Below are positions 49,181 through 59,549 of a stretch of 64,000 nucleotides of DNA, one piece after another; position 1 is the first letter of the stretch, and every line of letters begins with the position of its first letter. Under the pieces are notes generated by a model that made no database searches, was not told the DNA's origin, and worked only from the letters and a program-made list of their open reading frames with translations. This stretch comes from Minisyncoccia bacterium. Its GTDB lineage: Bacteria > Patescibacteriota > Minisyncoccia > Phycocordibacterales > UBA918. Location of the stretch: the NCBI GenBank assembly GCA_964229335.1, contig CAXRCZ010000004.1, positions 64,001 through 128,000 of the forward strand. Reading direction: 5' to 3'. The position numbers and the translations under genes were made by a program.

Positions 49181-49795
49181 ATGAATGACCATCACGCGCT
49201 CTTGGTTGAAGTAAGCAATGTAGATAGTTGGCAAACTTTTCCAGAGTTTGATGACCTGCCACAAATTGAATGTAAAGAAACACAACTTGGCATCGGTAGT
49301 GTAAGAGAACTTATTGTAGCAGCGCATAGGAAGCCAACAGGTGAAGGGAGTGAACAGCTGATAGTGATTCGAACAGAATCGATTACCGAAGAAGCTCAAC
49401 ATGCCTTGCTTAAGATTGCTGAAGAGCCTCCTTCTGGAGCTCGCTTTATATTTGTGGTACCAATTGGCTACTATTTACTGCCCACTCTACAGTCAAGGTT
49501 GTACAAGGTGGCGGTGACTACCGAAGAAGTTCCCAAAGCTTCTTTTGCTGTATTTTGCGAAGCCAGTGTAGCTGATAGACTGACGCAGATTGACGAAGCG
49601 ATAAAGAGCAAAGATATGTCCTGGCAACGAGAAATAAAATCTGGCTTACTTCACTTTTTGCATGAACGAAAAGAGTCAATGGACAGTAATCGTCTGGCAT
49701 CACTTGAATACATTGTGAGAACTTTGCTTACCAGAGGGGCTTCAAATAAGTATTTATTAGAACATCTTGCGTTAGTCTTAGAACCTCGAAGATAA
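49181..49795 (+). CDS. holB: DNA polymerase III delta' subunit-like (shortened)
   Basis: IGSVRELI, ITEEAQHALLKIAEEPP, LLPTLQSR. Confidence 0.75.
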   Translation: MNDHHALLVEVSNVDSWQTFPEFDDLPQIECKETQLGIGSVRELIVAAHRKPTGEGSEQLIVIRTESITEEAQHALLKIAEEPPSGARFIFVVPIGYYLLPTLQSRLYKVAVTTEEVPKASFAVFCEASVADRLTQIDEAIKSKDMSWQREIKSGLLHFLHERKESMDSNRLASLEYIVRTLLTRGASNKYLLEHLALVLEPRR

Positions 49796-49823
49796 CAGGA
49801 GTAGATGGTACACTATAAATCAT

Positions 49824-50366
49824 ATGGAGATAGATATAGATAAGAAACTAAAAGAAACAGAACAGTGGTTGCAACAGGAATACGCTGGAATTAGAACCGG
49901 CCAAGCCAGCCCACTTTTGCTAGATAAAATCAAAGTAGAAAGTTACGGAGCAAGAGTGCCCTTGCAACAAATTGGAACCATCGGGGTAGAAGATGCTCGC
50001 ACCTTGCGCGTAAGTATTTGGGATGCATCGACTGTGGGAGCAGCTGAAGAAGCTATTCGAGAAGCTGATCTTGGGGTGTCTGTGTCTTCAGATTCGACTG
50101 GCTTGCGGGTTATTTTTCCTGAGTTAACAGCTGAACGACGTGAGCAACTATTAAAGTTGGCTAAAAGTAAGCTAGAAGAAGCTCGAATCGGAGTTCGCTC
50201 TTCAAGGGATGAGGCTATGAAATCATTTGAAAAGGCAGAAAAGGATGGTGATATTAGTGAAGATGAAAAATACGCTCAAAAAGAATCCGTACAAGAAAAA
50301 GTAGATGCCGCCAATAAGCGGTTAGAGAGTTTGTACACGCAAAAGGAAACAGAACTCAAGAAGTAA
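49824..50366 (+). CDS. frr: Ribosome recycling factor
   Basis: IRTGQASP.LLD, PELTAERR, ISEDE. Confidence 0.96.
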   Translation: MEIDIDKKLKETEQWLQQEYAGIRTGQASPLLLDKIKVESYGARVPLQQIGTIGVEDARTLRVSIWDASTVGAAEEAIREADLGVSVSSDSTGLRVIFPELTAERREQLLKLAKSKLEEARIGVRSSRDEAMKSFEKAEKDGDISEDEKYAQKESVQEKVDAANKRLESLYTQKETELKK

Positions 50367-50378
50367 TAATCAACTGTC

Positions 50379-51506
50379 ATGTCAATTGTCATTTTTTTCG
50401 TCATACTATTTGTACTGGTTTTAGTGCATGAGTGGGGGCATTTTATCGTAGCCAAAAAAACTGGCATGCGTGTGGACGAGTTTGGTATTGGTTTTTCCCC
50501 TAAACTTTTTTCATACAGAAAAGGGGAGACAGAGTACTCGTTTAATGCACTGCCGATAGGAGGATTTGTACGAATCTATGGAGAGGATGGCGTTCAGTCC
50601 GACTCTGTATCTGGTGAATTAAACCAAAATGAGACTAGTTCTAGCAAAGACGCGAGCCGGGCGTTCTCGGCTCGTCCAAAGTGGGCGCAAGCCTTGGTGC
50701 TTATAGCTGGGGTGACGATGAATGTTTTGCTAGCATGGCTACTGTTCACAATAGTTTTGATAATTGGTGTACCAACCGCCGTTACTGAATCTGCGGCCAC
50801 CGAAGCAGCTAATCTATATGTAGCAGAAGTGTTGCCAGATAGTCCTGCCGAAACAGTGCTACCGGTCGGGGCGATGATTGTCAGTATTTCAGCTAATGGA
50901 GAAACTCTGATTGACCCTACTCCGAGTAGTTTCAGTCAATTCATTCAAGATGAATCACCAGCTGCATTCACCATCGAGTATTCAGCGAATGACAAAACTA
51001 TCAATGAAGTTACTATTACTCCAGAACAAGGACTGTTAGAAGATAGTCAAGAGACGTACGTTGCGGGAGTGTCATTGACTTTAATTGAGACAGTCTCACG
51101 ACCCTGGCACATTGCTATCAGAGATGGTTTGACTTCGACAATGGATGGATTGGTCGCTATCACAGTCGGACTGTATACCTTACTCAGCGATGCTGTTGTC
51201 GGAGAAGGTGACTTTTCCACCGTTGCTGGTCCAGTGGGAATTGTAGGATTGGTTGATGATGCAACAGCCTTTGGAGTCACAGCAGTGTTGTCATTTACAG
51301 CGCTTATTTCATTGAATCTCGCCATTATTAACCTACTACCGTTTCCGGCTCTGGATGGCGGAAGGTTGTTATTTGTATTTATTGAAGCTGTAACTGGGAA
51401 AGATATCCCACCTCAGTGGAGTGGAATTCTTAATACTATTGGATTTATCCTCTTGATGCTCTTGATGATAGCGGTTACCTATAACGATATATTGAGATTA
51501 CTGTAG
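50379..51506 (+). CDS. rseP: Site-2 intramembrane metalloprotease RseP
   Basis: HEWGH, PIGGFV, NLLPFPALDGG. Confidence 0.93.
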   Translation: MSIVIFFVILFVLVLVHEWGHFIVAKKTGMRVDEFGIGFSPKLFSYRKGETEYSFNALPIGGFVRIYGEDGVQSDSVSGELNQNETSSSKDASRAFSARPKWAQALVLIAGVTMNVLLAWLLFTIVLIIGVPTAVTESAATEAANLYVAEVLPDSPAETVLPVGAMIVSISANGETLIDPTPSSFSQFIQDESPAAFTIEYSANDKTINEVTITPEQGLLEDSQETYVAGVSLTLIETVSRPWHIAIRDGLTSTMDGLVAITVGLYTLLSDAVVGEGDFSTVAGPVGIVGLVDDATAFGVTAVLSFTALISLNLAIINLLPFPALDGGRLLFVFIEAVTGKDIPPQWSGILNTIGFILLMLLMIAVTYNDILRLL

Positions 51507-51544
51507 GAGTAGCGGTCAGTAAAAATTACCTGTATAAATAGAAT

Positions 51545-52813
51545 ATGAAGCAAACGCAGACATTCACCAAAACTAGAAAGGAAATCCCTAGCGACGAGCA
51601 GTCAAAAAACGCCCAGCTATTAATTAGGGCAGGTTACGTACACAAAGAAATGGCCGGAGTGTATGCGTATTTACCTTTAGGACTCAAGGTGCTAGAAAAC
51701 ATCAAGCAAGTGGTGCGCGAAGAAATGGATGCAATTGGTGGCCAAGAGCTAATTATGACCACCCTACAAAACAAACAACTGTGGGAACAGAGCGGGAGGT
51801 GGGACGATGATGTTGTCGATGTGTGGTTTAAAACAGAACTCAAAAATGGTGGTGATGTTGGATTGGGCTGGAGTCACGAAGAACCGATTGGAACGATGAT
51901 GAAGAATTATCTCGGTAGCTACAAAGATTTGCCTGTTAGTGTCTATCAATTTCAAACTAAATTTAGAAATGAGCTGCGAGCTAAAAGTGGCATCATGCGC
52001 GGTCGAGAATTTCTCATGAAAGACGCCTACTCTTTTGCTGCTGGAGAAGATGATCATGAGGCAATCTACGAAGCGATGAAGACTGCATATAAAAAAATAT
52101 TTAGTCGCCTAGGATTAGCTGACGACACGTACATCACCCATGCTTCAGGGGGTGCGTTTACTGAGTTTAGTCACGAATTTCAAACGATTTGCGATGCCGG
52201 GGAAGATGTTTGCTACATAGATCGTAAAAACGGCCTGGCTGTCAACGAAGAAGTATTCAATGACGAGACTATCGCAAGCCTTGGTGCCAAGAAAGAGGAT
52301 TTTGAAAAAATTACTACTGCTGAAGTTGGTAACATATTTAATTTTGGAAGAAAAAAAGCTGACGATATCGGCTTAATGTTTAAATCTGAAACTGGCGAGG
52401 AGATGGCAGTTTGGATGGGGTCGTATGGAATTGGTATTACACGACTCATGGGTGTCTTGGCTGAAAAGTTTGCCGACGACAAAGGGTTAGTCTGGCCAGA
52501 AGCAGTGGCACCCTTTAAAATGCACTTAGTTGCTTTAAATTTAGATGACACAGAGGTAAGAGATTATGCTGAAGGTCAATATAATACTCTATGTACCGCT
52601 AATATTGATGTTTTGTATGATGATCGAGTAGATGCTCGAGCCGGTGAAAAATTTGCAGACAGTGATCTTTTGGGTATTCCATATCGAGTCATAATTTCAA
52701 GAAAGACAAAAGAAGAAGGAGTATATGAGGTGGTGAAGCGTAAAACTGGCGAAGTAAAATATATGAACGAAAAGGAACTCCAAGAGTGTTTTACTGGAGA
52801 TATATCTTGGTAG
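51545..52813 (+). CDS. proS: Proline--tRNA ligase, short form without INS editing domain
   Basis: QTKFRNELR...GIMRGREFLMKDAYSF, EVGNIF, MGSYGIG. Confidence 0.95.
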   Translation: MKQTQTFTKTRKEIPSDEQSKNAQLLIRAGYVHKEMAGVYAYLPLGLKVLENIKQVVREEMDAIGGQELIMTTLQNKQLWEQSGRWDDDVVDVWFKTELKNGGDVGLGWSHEEPIGTMMKNYLGSYKDLPVSVYQFQTKFRNELRAKSGIMRGREFLMKDAYSFAAGEDDHEAIYEAMKTAYKKIFSRLGLADDTYITHASGGAFTEFSHEFQTICDAGEDVCYIDRKNGLAVNEEVFNDETIASLGAKKEDFEKITTAEVGNIFNFGRKKADDIGLMFKSETGEEMAVWMGSYGIGITRLMGVLAEKFADDKGLVWPEAVAPFKMHLVALNLDDTEVRDYAEGQYNTLCTANIDVLYDDRVDARAGEKFADSDLLGIPYRVIISRKTKEEGVYEVVKRKTGEVKYMNEKELQECFTGDISW

Positions 52814-52854
52814 TTTTTGTTTTTAGCCTCTAGACGTAGTACAATTGCCAGCAA

Positions 52855-53925
52855 ATGAAGTTAATTTCTCGCTACATTAGCGACCTACTTTCGCTTGTAT
52901 CTACTGATATGGCGATTGATTTAGGAACTGCCAATACTTTAGTGTATGTAAAAGGAAAAGGGATTGTTCTTAATGAGCCAACTATCGTCGCCATTAATAA
53001 AAAGACTGGCCAACTAGTGGCTGTCGGTAATGAAGCGAAGGGAATGATGGGACGTACACCGGCCCATATCGATGTTGTTCGACCACTAGTTGATGGAGTC
53101 ATTTCTGACTTTGAAGTGGCTGAAGAAATGCTGGCGTACTTGATTGGAAAAGTAAGAGCTGATATGCGGACATTAGTTGCTCCACGAATGCTTATTGGTG
53201 TACCTTCTGGTATTACCAACGTAGAAATGAGAGCTGCTCATGACGCTGCCAAAAATGCCGGAGCTCGCGACGTATTCTTAATCGAAGAACCTGTGGCAGC
53301 TGCTATTGGGGCCAAGCTTCCGATTCATAAAGCAGCTGGGAGCATGATTATCGATATTGGTGGTGGGACTACTGATATTGCAGTCTTATCATTAAACGGT
53401 ATTGTCACTGCCAAAAACCTTAAAGTGGCTGGTGATCATTTAAATACTGCTATTGCTGGTTACATCAGAGATCAGTTCAAGGTTTACGTCGGAGAAAAAA
53501 CTGCCGAAGAAGCCAAAATAACTCTAACTACTATCGCATCAGGAAAAAATGCCAAAGAACTCGTTGTGCGTGGCCGAGACATGGTAACTGGCTTGCCGCG
53601 CGAAGTTGCTATTACAGACAGTGACGTTCGTGATGCTGTGGCGAGACATATTGATACCATGGTAGAGAATGTCAGAGCATTATTAGAAGAGACACCGCCC
53701 GAAGTGTTGGCTGATATTATGCAAAGGGGAATCTACCTCTCAGGAGGAGGCGCTTTAATTCCTGGTCTCTCAGACTTGTTAGAGCATGCACTACAGGTTC
53801 CTGTTTTGGTTGTGCCGGATCCTCTTCGAGCAGTTATTAGAGGAGCTGGGATTGTTATCGAGGACTTAGAACGCTACGAAGAAATCTTACTTGATCATGA
53901 AAACTCGCTCTCGACACAATTCTAA
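52855..53925 (+). CDS. mreB: Rod shape-determining protein MreB
   Basis: AIDLGTANT, IDIGGGTT; directly upstream of mreC. Confidence 0.95.
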   Translation: MKLISRYISDLLSLVSTDMAIDLGTANTLVYVKGKGIVLNEPTIVAINKKTGQLVAVGNEAKGMMGRTPAHIDVVRPLVDGVISDFEVAEEMLAYLIGKVRADMRTLVAPRMLIGVPSGITNVEMRAAHDAAKNAGARDVFLIEEPVAAAIGAKLPIHKAAGSMIIDIGGGTTDIAVLSLNGIVTAKNLKVAGDHLNTAIAGYIRDQFKVYVGEKTAEEAKITLTTIASGKNAKELVVRGRDMVTGLPREVAITDSDVRDAVARHIDTMVENVRALLEETPPEVLADIMQRGIYLSGGGALIPGLSDLLEHALQVPVLVVPDPLRAVIRGAGIVIEDLERYEEILLDHENSLSTQF

Positions 53926-54844
53926 ACTACAGCGCAACATTCGCTTGCTACTACTAGCTAGAGTCTTGCTGATTCTGTGCCTATTGTTGCCGCGAATTGC
54001 GACCGGAATTAGTCAAGTCGTATTTTATCCTGTACACGTCGTAGATACTTGGTTGCGAGAATCACCATCTAGTATTCCAAGCTATTTTAGAAATCGCTCC
54101 GAATTACTTGATAAAGTAGAATCACTTGAAAATGAACTAGCCGTAGCCAAGAGTTCAAATTTGACTCAACAAAGATTGTATGAAGAAAACACATGGCTAA
54201 GAAGTCTGCTAGGCGCCAGTATTGAAGATCGCATCGCCGCTGCAGTTATTGCTAGACCCAATCGGTTGCCATATGACTTGCTACAAATTGATCAAGGAAG
54301 AAATGATGGAGTGCAAGTAGGAGCTCCAGTATATCTTGGTGTCGATACTGTAATTGGTAGTGTCGTTCAAGCCGCTCCCGAATACGCATTTGTGCAATTG
54401 TTTACAAGCCCTGGATTTGAGGTAACAGCATTTATTAGTGGTGCCAATGTAGTCGCTCCGGTTGAGGGACTGGGCGGGGGAGTGGCGCGAGTTAGAGTGC
54501 CGCAAGGAATACCAATTTCGGTTGATAACGTAGTGCATGTTCCGACCATTGAACCAGGTGCCTTTGGCCGCATTTCTTTCGTAGAAAATCGACCGTCGCA
54601 GCCAGAGCAATACGGATACATAACCATGGAAGAGTCAATAAACTCCATTCACTATGTGGCAGTGGGTAAGACACCTATTACACCAGCTAATCCTGAGGCA
54701 GTTGAAACAACTATTCAAGACCTGTTGCGAGCTAGTCTAAAACTTGATGCTGAAACTATAGAGCAGCTCAATGCCACTATTACTAGTAGTTCAACAGCAA
54801 CTACCACAGACAGCACAGCAACTACCACTTCAGCTGAATTATGA
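53897..54844 (+). CDS. mreC: Rod shape-determining protein MreC
   Basis: TM helix, coiled coil (EENTWLRSLL), IDQGRNDGVQVG. Confidence 0.88.
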   Translation: MKTRSRHNSKLQRNIRLLLLARVLLILCLLLPRIATGISQVVFYPVHVVDTWLRESPSSIPSYFRNRSELLDKVESLENELAVAKSSNLTQQRLYEENTWLRSLLGASIEDRIAAAVIARPNRLPYDLLQIDQGRNDGVQVGAPVYLGVDTVIGSVVQAAPEYAFVQLFTSPGFEVTAFISGANVVAPVEGLGGGVARVRVPQGIPISVDNVVHVPTIEPGAFGRISFVENRPSQPEQYGYITMEESINSIHYVAVGKTPITPANPEAVETTIQDLLRASLKLDAETIEQLNATITSSSTATTTDSTATTTSAEL

Positions 54845-55092
54845 AATCCTATCTAGTCAATGTAATACTCTACGTTGTCACGCTTCTGGCGGTTTTGTTA
54901 AATCTTCTATTAATTGCGATACCAGCAGCTCTTATTTTTACTTACCGCTCAAATGCAGTTTGGTTTATTCCGGCAGCGCTGTTGATTGACGGCTATTTTG
55001 GTATGTTTTATACCGTACCTTGGCTCAATATTATTGCAATTACTTGGTTTGCTGTTGCTGAATTGCTCCGACCTTATGTCTTGGTACAATAG
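54841..55092 (+). CDS. Small membrane protein in the mreD position
   Basis: 83 aa, hydrophobic; ATGA overlap with mreC, 3 nt before pbp2. Confidence 0.7.
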   Translation: MKSYLVNVILYVVTLLAVLLNLLLIAIPAALIFTYRSNAVWFIPAALLIDGYFGMFYTVPWLNIIAITWFAVAELLRPYVLVQ

Positions 55093-55095
55093 GGT

Positions 55096-56799
55096 ATGCG
55101 TAATCGACTGAAAGATCGTTATCAAGGAGAAGTTGATGTCGAAGAGGTGTTACTTGATGCCTCGAATATACCGTCGTTCAACCAAGGTCGCTTAGAAGGT
55201 AGGCGTGAGCTACCTATTACGAAGCGTAGCGTTAGCACTGTGGGCATTTTCTTTACCCTTATCAGTTTGATTTACTTTTACCAAATCTTCACCCTACAGG
55301 TGGTAAACGGGGCAGAATATAAAGCGATTGCAGATAATAACAGAGTAGATAAAGCGGTTGTAATAGCTGAGCGTGGAGTGGTGTACGACCGTAATGGAGA
55401 AATGGTCGCTTGGAACGAGACTGATGAAACAGGTGAATACGATTTTCCTATTAGGGCCTATACCGACAGACTAGGCTTAGGTCAAGTTTTGGGATACGTA
55501 AGTTATCCAAAAAAAGACAGTAGCGGTTTCTTTTTCCGCACTGATTATCTTGGCCGATCAGGAGTCGAGTTATCTTATGACCATGTTCTCAAGGGTCACA
55601 ATGGTAGCAAAATTATTGAAGTAAACGCGCTTGATGCACCAGTTAGTGAATACGAAATTGACCCCGCGGTGGTCGGCAATGATTTACATTTATCGATTGA
55701 TGCGGGGCTTTCTCAGGCTATGTACGATATTATCGCTACTTCTAGTGAACAAGCTGGCTTCCGGAGTGGTGCGGCTGCAATCATGAATGTTAATACTGGT
55801 GAAATCTTGGCTTTAACTAGTTTTCCCACCTACGATCCAGAGGTAATGGCTGATGGTGATGACGTTGATTTAATCAATCAGTACACCAGTGATGAAAGAT
55901 TGCCTTTTTTGAATAAAATAGTCGGCGGTGCTTACACCCCTGGATCAATCGTAAAGCCATTTGTAGCTTATAAAGCATTAGAAGAAAATATTATTGATCC
56001 AAATAAAGTAATCACTAGCACCGGTTCATTGGTGGTACCAAATCCTTATAATCCAAGCCATCCCACGTACTTCAACGACTGGCGGGCTCATGGTGCTATG
56101 ACCATGCGAGAAGCTATCGCTTTCTCTTCGAATGTGTATTTCTACATCATTGGCGGCGGCTTTGATGATCAAAAAGGGCTTGGTATTACTAAGCTGGCTG
56201 AAGGCTACAAGCGGTTTGGAATTGGAGAAAAGACTGGCATAAATTTAGGCCAAGAGCAGTCTGGAGTGGTGCCAGATCCAGCTTGGAAAAAAGAGACGTT
56301 TGATGATGACTGGCGGCTCGGAGACACGTATTACACTGCAATTGGGCAGTTTGGATTTTTAACCACCCCAATTCAAATGCTTCGAGCGTACGCAGCACTA
56401 GCGAATGGAGGTACATTATTAACGCCTCATATCGAAAAAGACAAAGTAAGTACAGGCGAAAACATTAATCTCAATCAGCAGTACCTAAAGATAGTTCATG
56501 AAGGGATGCGCAAAACAGTAAATATGGACGGGGGAACAGCCAGGTCGCTTGAAAGAAGTGATGTTGCTGTGGCAGCAAAATCCGGTACTGCAGAAGTCGG
56601 TGCTAATAATGCGTATGTCAATTCGTGGGCAGCTGGTTTTTGGCCGTATGAGGAGCCAGAGTATGCGTTTATTCTAATGATGGACCATGCTCCTCGTAGT
56701 AATGCGTTGGGAGCGACTCGTATTATGGGGGATATTGTGGAGTGGATGTCAGTTAATAGACCGCAGTATCTCGGTATAGAAGAAACAAAAATTGAATAA
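55096..56799 (+). CDS. mrdA: Penicillin-binding protein 2 (class B transpeptidase)
   Basis: ERGVVYDRNG, SIVK (SxxK), SSN (SxN), KSG. Confidence 0.9.
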   Translation: MRNRLKDRYQGEVDVEEVLLDASNIPSFNQGRLEGRRELPITKRSVSTVGIFFTLISLIYFYQIFTLQVVNGAEYKAIADNNRVDKAVVIAERGVVYDRNGEMVAWNETDETGEYDFPIRAYTDRLGLGQVLGYVSYPKKDSSGFFFRTDYLGRSGVELSYDHVLKGHNGSKIIEVNALDAPVSEYEIDPAVVGNDLHLSIDAGLSQAMYDIIATSSEQAGFRSGAAAIMNVNTGEILALTSFPTYDPEVMADGDDVDLINQYTSDERLPFLNKIVGGAYTPGSIVKPFVAYKALEENIIDPNKVITSTGSLVVPNPYNPSHPTYFNDWRAHGAMTMREAIAFSSNVYFYIIGGGFDDQKGLGITKLAEGYKRFGIGEKTGINLGQEQSGVVPDPAWKKETFDDDWRLGDTYYTAIGQFGFLTTPIQMLRAYAALANGGTLLTPHIEKDKVSTGENINLNQQYLKIVHEGMRKTVNMDGGTARSLERSDVAVAAKSGTAEVGANNAYVNSWAAGFWPYEEPEYAFILMMDHAPRSNALGATRIMGDIVEWMSVNRPQYLGIEETKIE

Positions 56800-56824
56800 C
56801 GCTTCCATAGTCTCACCTGTGGAT

Positions 56825-56852
56825 TTGACCCAGCACGTCAGGTGCGTATAAT
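56825..56852 (+). promoter_or_regulatory. Promoter of greA
   Basis: TTGACC-16 nt-TATAAT. Confidence 0.65.
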
Positions 56853-56870
56853 TGAAGAAAATTTTGCAAT

Positions 56871-57341
56871 ATGAATGAAACACAAGCGTACCTTACTCCC
56901 GAAAAGTTTGAAGAACTTAAAAAGGAATTAGAACATTTAAAAACTGTTCGTCGAAAAGAAGTAGCCGAATCTCTCGAATACGCCCGTAGCCTCGGTGACC
57001 TTTCAGAGAACGCTGAATATCAAGAGGCTAGAGATATGCAAGCAGCAATTGAAGAACGAATTAGCTATCTAGAGAAAACCATCAAAGAAGCTAAAATTGT
57101 CGCTCACGAAAAGCATGGTGACATTGTCGGACTTGGATCTGTAGTAACTATCCAAAAGGAAAAAGAAAAAGACAAGCGGGAATACACCATCGTTGGTTCA
57201 GATGAAGCTAATATTCACGAGCACAAGCTCTCGTACCTCTCTCCACTAGGCGAAGCTTTGATGGGAACCAAGAAAGGTGATGAATTTGAGTTTGAAACTC
57301 CGGTCGGCAAACAGCGCTACAAAGTCTTGAAGGTCGCATAG
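56871..57341 (+). CDS. greA: Transcription elongation factor GreA
   Basis: GDLSENAEY, SPLGEALMG. Confidence 0.97.
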   Translation: MNETQAYLTPEKFEELKKELEHLKTVRRKEVAESLEYARSLGDLSENAEYQEARDMQAAIEERISYLEKTIKEAKIVAHEKHGDIVGLGSVVTIQKEKEKDKREYTIVGSDEANIHEHKLSYLSPLGEALMGTKKGDEFEFETPVGKQRYKVLKVA

Positions 57342-57359
57342 TGCACCTTAAGTGACTAA

Positions 57360-57402
57360 AAAAAGAAAAGGCCGGAAGCTTTGCTTCCGGCCTTTTCTTT
57401 TT
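57360..57402 (+). terminator. Terminator after greA
   Basis: AAAAAGAAAAGGCCGGAAGC-TTT-GCTTCCGGCCTTTTCTTTTT. Confidence 0.85.
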
Positions 57403-57429
57403 ATGAAACTCACGCTAGGATAAGAATCT

Positions 57430-59013
57430 ATGTTTTGGGCTGATAAAATTGCCGACGAGGTAGAACGACGATATAAATCCGTGATTGATGCTGGTGAAGC
57501 TTTGGTCATTAGAGACGAAAAAACCGCCTCTGGACGAGTACACGTTGGTTCTCTTCGCAGCGCCTCGCTTCACGCCATCGTAGCTGATGTGCTACGAAGT
57601 CGTGGTCACCAAGTAAAGTTTTACTTTGAGATAAACGACTTTGATGCCATGGATGGCATACCTAGCTATCTAAATGAAGAAGAATACGAGCAGTATATGG
57701 GGGTACCGCTATGTAACATTCCTTCGCCTGAGCCAGGTTACAAAAATTTTGCTGAGCTATACGGTCAAGAATATGTTAAAGTCCTCGACGATTTAGGATT
57801 TAAAGCGGAGATTTATCGTGCTAGTGATTTATACCGAAGTGGGGCAATGAACGAACAGATTCGACAAGCACTTGATAAAAGAGAACTAGTACGCGAGATT
57901 TACCAAAGAGTATCCAAAAGTGAAAAGCAAACTAATTGGTACCCACTCAATGTGGTGTGTGAAAACTGCGGCAATCTCAGTGCTACCACTATTACTGACT
58001 GGGATGGTGAGACAGTCGCGTACACTTGTTCATCCGACACAATTACCTGGGCTTCAGGATGTAATCATAGCGGTAGAATTTCACCATTTGATGGTAATGC
58101 AAAGTTTCCGTGGAAACTAGATTGGCCAGCAAAATTTGTTGCCAAAGGAGTACACTTTGAAGGTGGAGGGAAAGACCATTACTCCAAAGGTGGTGCACGG
58201 CAGGTAGCAGATGCTATCGCACGTGAGATTTTTAATCATGAGCCACCATATGGAGTATTTAATGAGTTTTTCCTAGTGGGTGGCAAAAAGATGTCTTCTT
58301 CAAAAGGCTCCGGAGCTACCGCAGCAGCGATGGCGAATCTGCTCCCACCACATATTTTGCGACTACTCTTACTCAAGACTCCTATCAACCGGCAAATTGA
58401 TTTTGATCCGGATGGAGATGCGATACCAGTACTGTTTGATACCTATGATCGATTGGCCGAAAAGTACTGGAGTGGGGTAGAGGACGATGATACGCAACTG
58501 TTTACATTTGCTCACTTACCGGTACAGAGAAATCCTATTGCAGAGCGATTTTTACCACGCTTCTCTCAAGTAGTATTTCTGGTTCAAATGCCACACATGA
58601 ATCTTTATGAAGAAGTAGCGGCCATGAAAGGTTCGGAACTAACAGACGCTGACAAGCAGGAAATAGATGAGCGAGCACAGTATGCCAAGTTATGGCTTGA
58701 TAACTATGCTGATGAGAAGTTTATATTCTCATTACAAAACCAATTACCAGCTATCACAAAAGAGTTGTCAGATAATGAAGTAAAAGCGATGGTATTATTG
58801 GCAGATAAATTGGAATCAGTTGAAGTGACCGACGGCCAGACGTATCACGAAACTATCCACGCAGTGAGGGAAGAAGCTAATATGACTCCGAAAGAATTTT
58901 TCGGTACGGTGTACCAACTATTCCTCGATAAAGACAGCGGCCCTAAAGTAGGTTGGTTCCTCAGTTCTCTGGACAAAGACTTCATTATCGACCGTTTAAG
59001 ACTTAAAAAATAA
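57430..59013 (+). CDS. lysS: Lysine--tRNA ligase, class I
   Basis: MFWAD, SGRVHVG (HIGH-like), KMSSSKG, GGKDH, GPKVGWF. Confidence 0.93.
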   Translation: MFWADKIADEVERRYKSVIDAGEALVIRDEKTASGRVHVGSLRSASLHAIVADVLRSRGHQVKFYFEINDFDAMDGIPSYLNEEEYEQYMGVPLCNIPSPEPGYKNFAELYGQEYVKVLDDLGFKAEIYRASDLYRSGAMNEQIRQALDKRELVREIYQRVSKSEKQTNWYPLNVVCENCGNLSATTITDWDGETVAYTCSSDTITWASGCNHSGRISPFDGNAKFPWKLDWPAKFVAKGVHFEGGGKDHYSKGGARQVADAIAREIFNHEPPYGVFNEFFLVGGKKMSSSKGSGATAAAMANLLPPHILRLLLLKTPINRQIDFDPDGDAIPVLFDTYDRLAEKYWSGVEDDDTQLFTFAHLPVQRNPIAERFLPRFSQVVFLVQMPHMNLYEEVAAMKGSELTDADKQEIDERAQYAKLWLDNYADEKFIFSLQNQLPAITKELSDNEVKAMVLLADKLESVEVTDGQTYHETIHAVREEANMTPKEFFGTVYQLFLDKDSGPKVGWFLSSLDKDFIIDRLRLKK

Positions 59014-59028
59014 ATTTAATATAAGAAT

Positions 59029-59056
59029 GCCGCACGCCCTAGCTAGGGCGTGCGGC
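59029..59056. terminator. GC-rich perfect palindrome between convergent genes
   Basis: GCCGCACGCCCTAG|CTAGGGCGTGCGGC. Confidence 0.7.
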
Positions 59057-59070
59057 GTGTTTGCATCCGG

Positions 59071-59469
59071 TTATCTGTATTGTGCTTCGACCGACTCATG
59101 TCCAATAAAATAATCGATTTCACCAATCGAGAACGGATTTGCCAGATCAGTCACGACAGTCTGTCCGATAAACGGAGTAATCAATCGTATGTCATGTACC
59201 TTCACCACCGAGCCATTCTTCAGCTTGGCCAAGATTCCACAGAGCCATGTCTGATCATTGTCTTCTTTGATAGGAACGTAGTGTTCCTTGTAGGTGAAAG
59301 CACTTACATCATCGAGTGGTAGCACCAACCTTACCTTATCTGGTACTGTGATGACTACACATCGAGCTGGGTCGTGGAGGTGAAAAATCTCAGTTAATAC
59401 ACCATGCACGGTCATCCCATCTTCGGTTCTGTATGCCACCATAGATGGAACAGGTAGCGAATTTGTCAT
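59071..59469 (-). CDS. Hypothetical beta-rich protein
   Basis: 132-aa ORF, GGGAG SD-like site, own promoter motif. Confidence 0.7.
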   Translation of the reverse strand: MTNSLPVPSMVAYRTEDGMTVHGVLTEIFHLHDPARCVVITVPDKVRLVLPLDDVSAFTYKEHYVPIKEDNDQTWLCGILAKLKNGSVVKVHDIRLITPFIGQTVVTDLANPFSIGEIDYFIGHESVEAQYR

Positions 59470-59549
59470 TTCAACTCTCCCTGAGATCTCGCTAGCAGTA
59501 AAATACCATGAATATATTGAAAATCAACCTCAGAAACGAGTGTAGTTTT

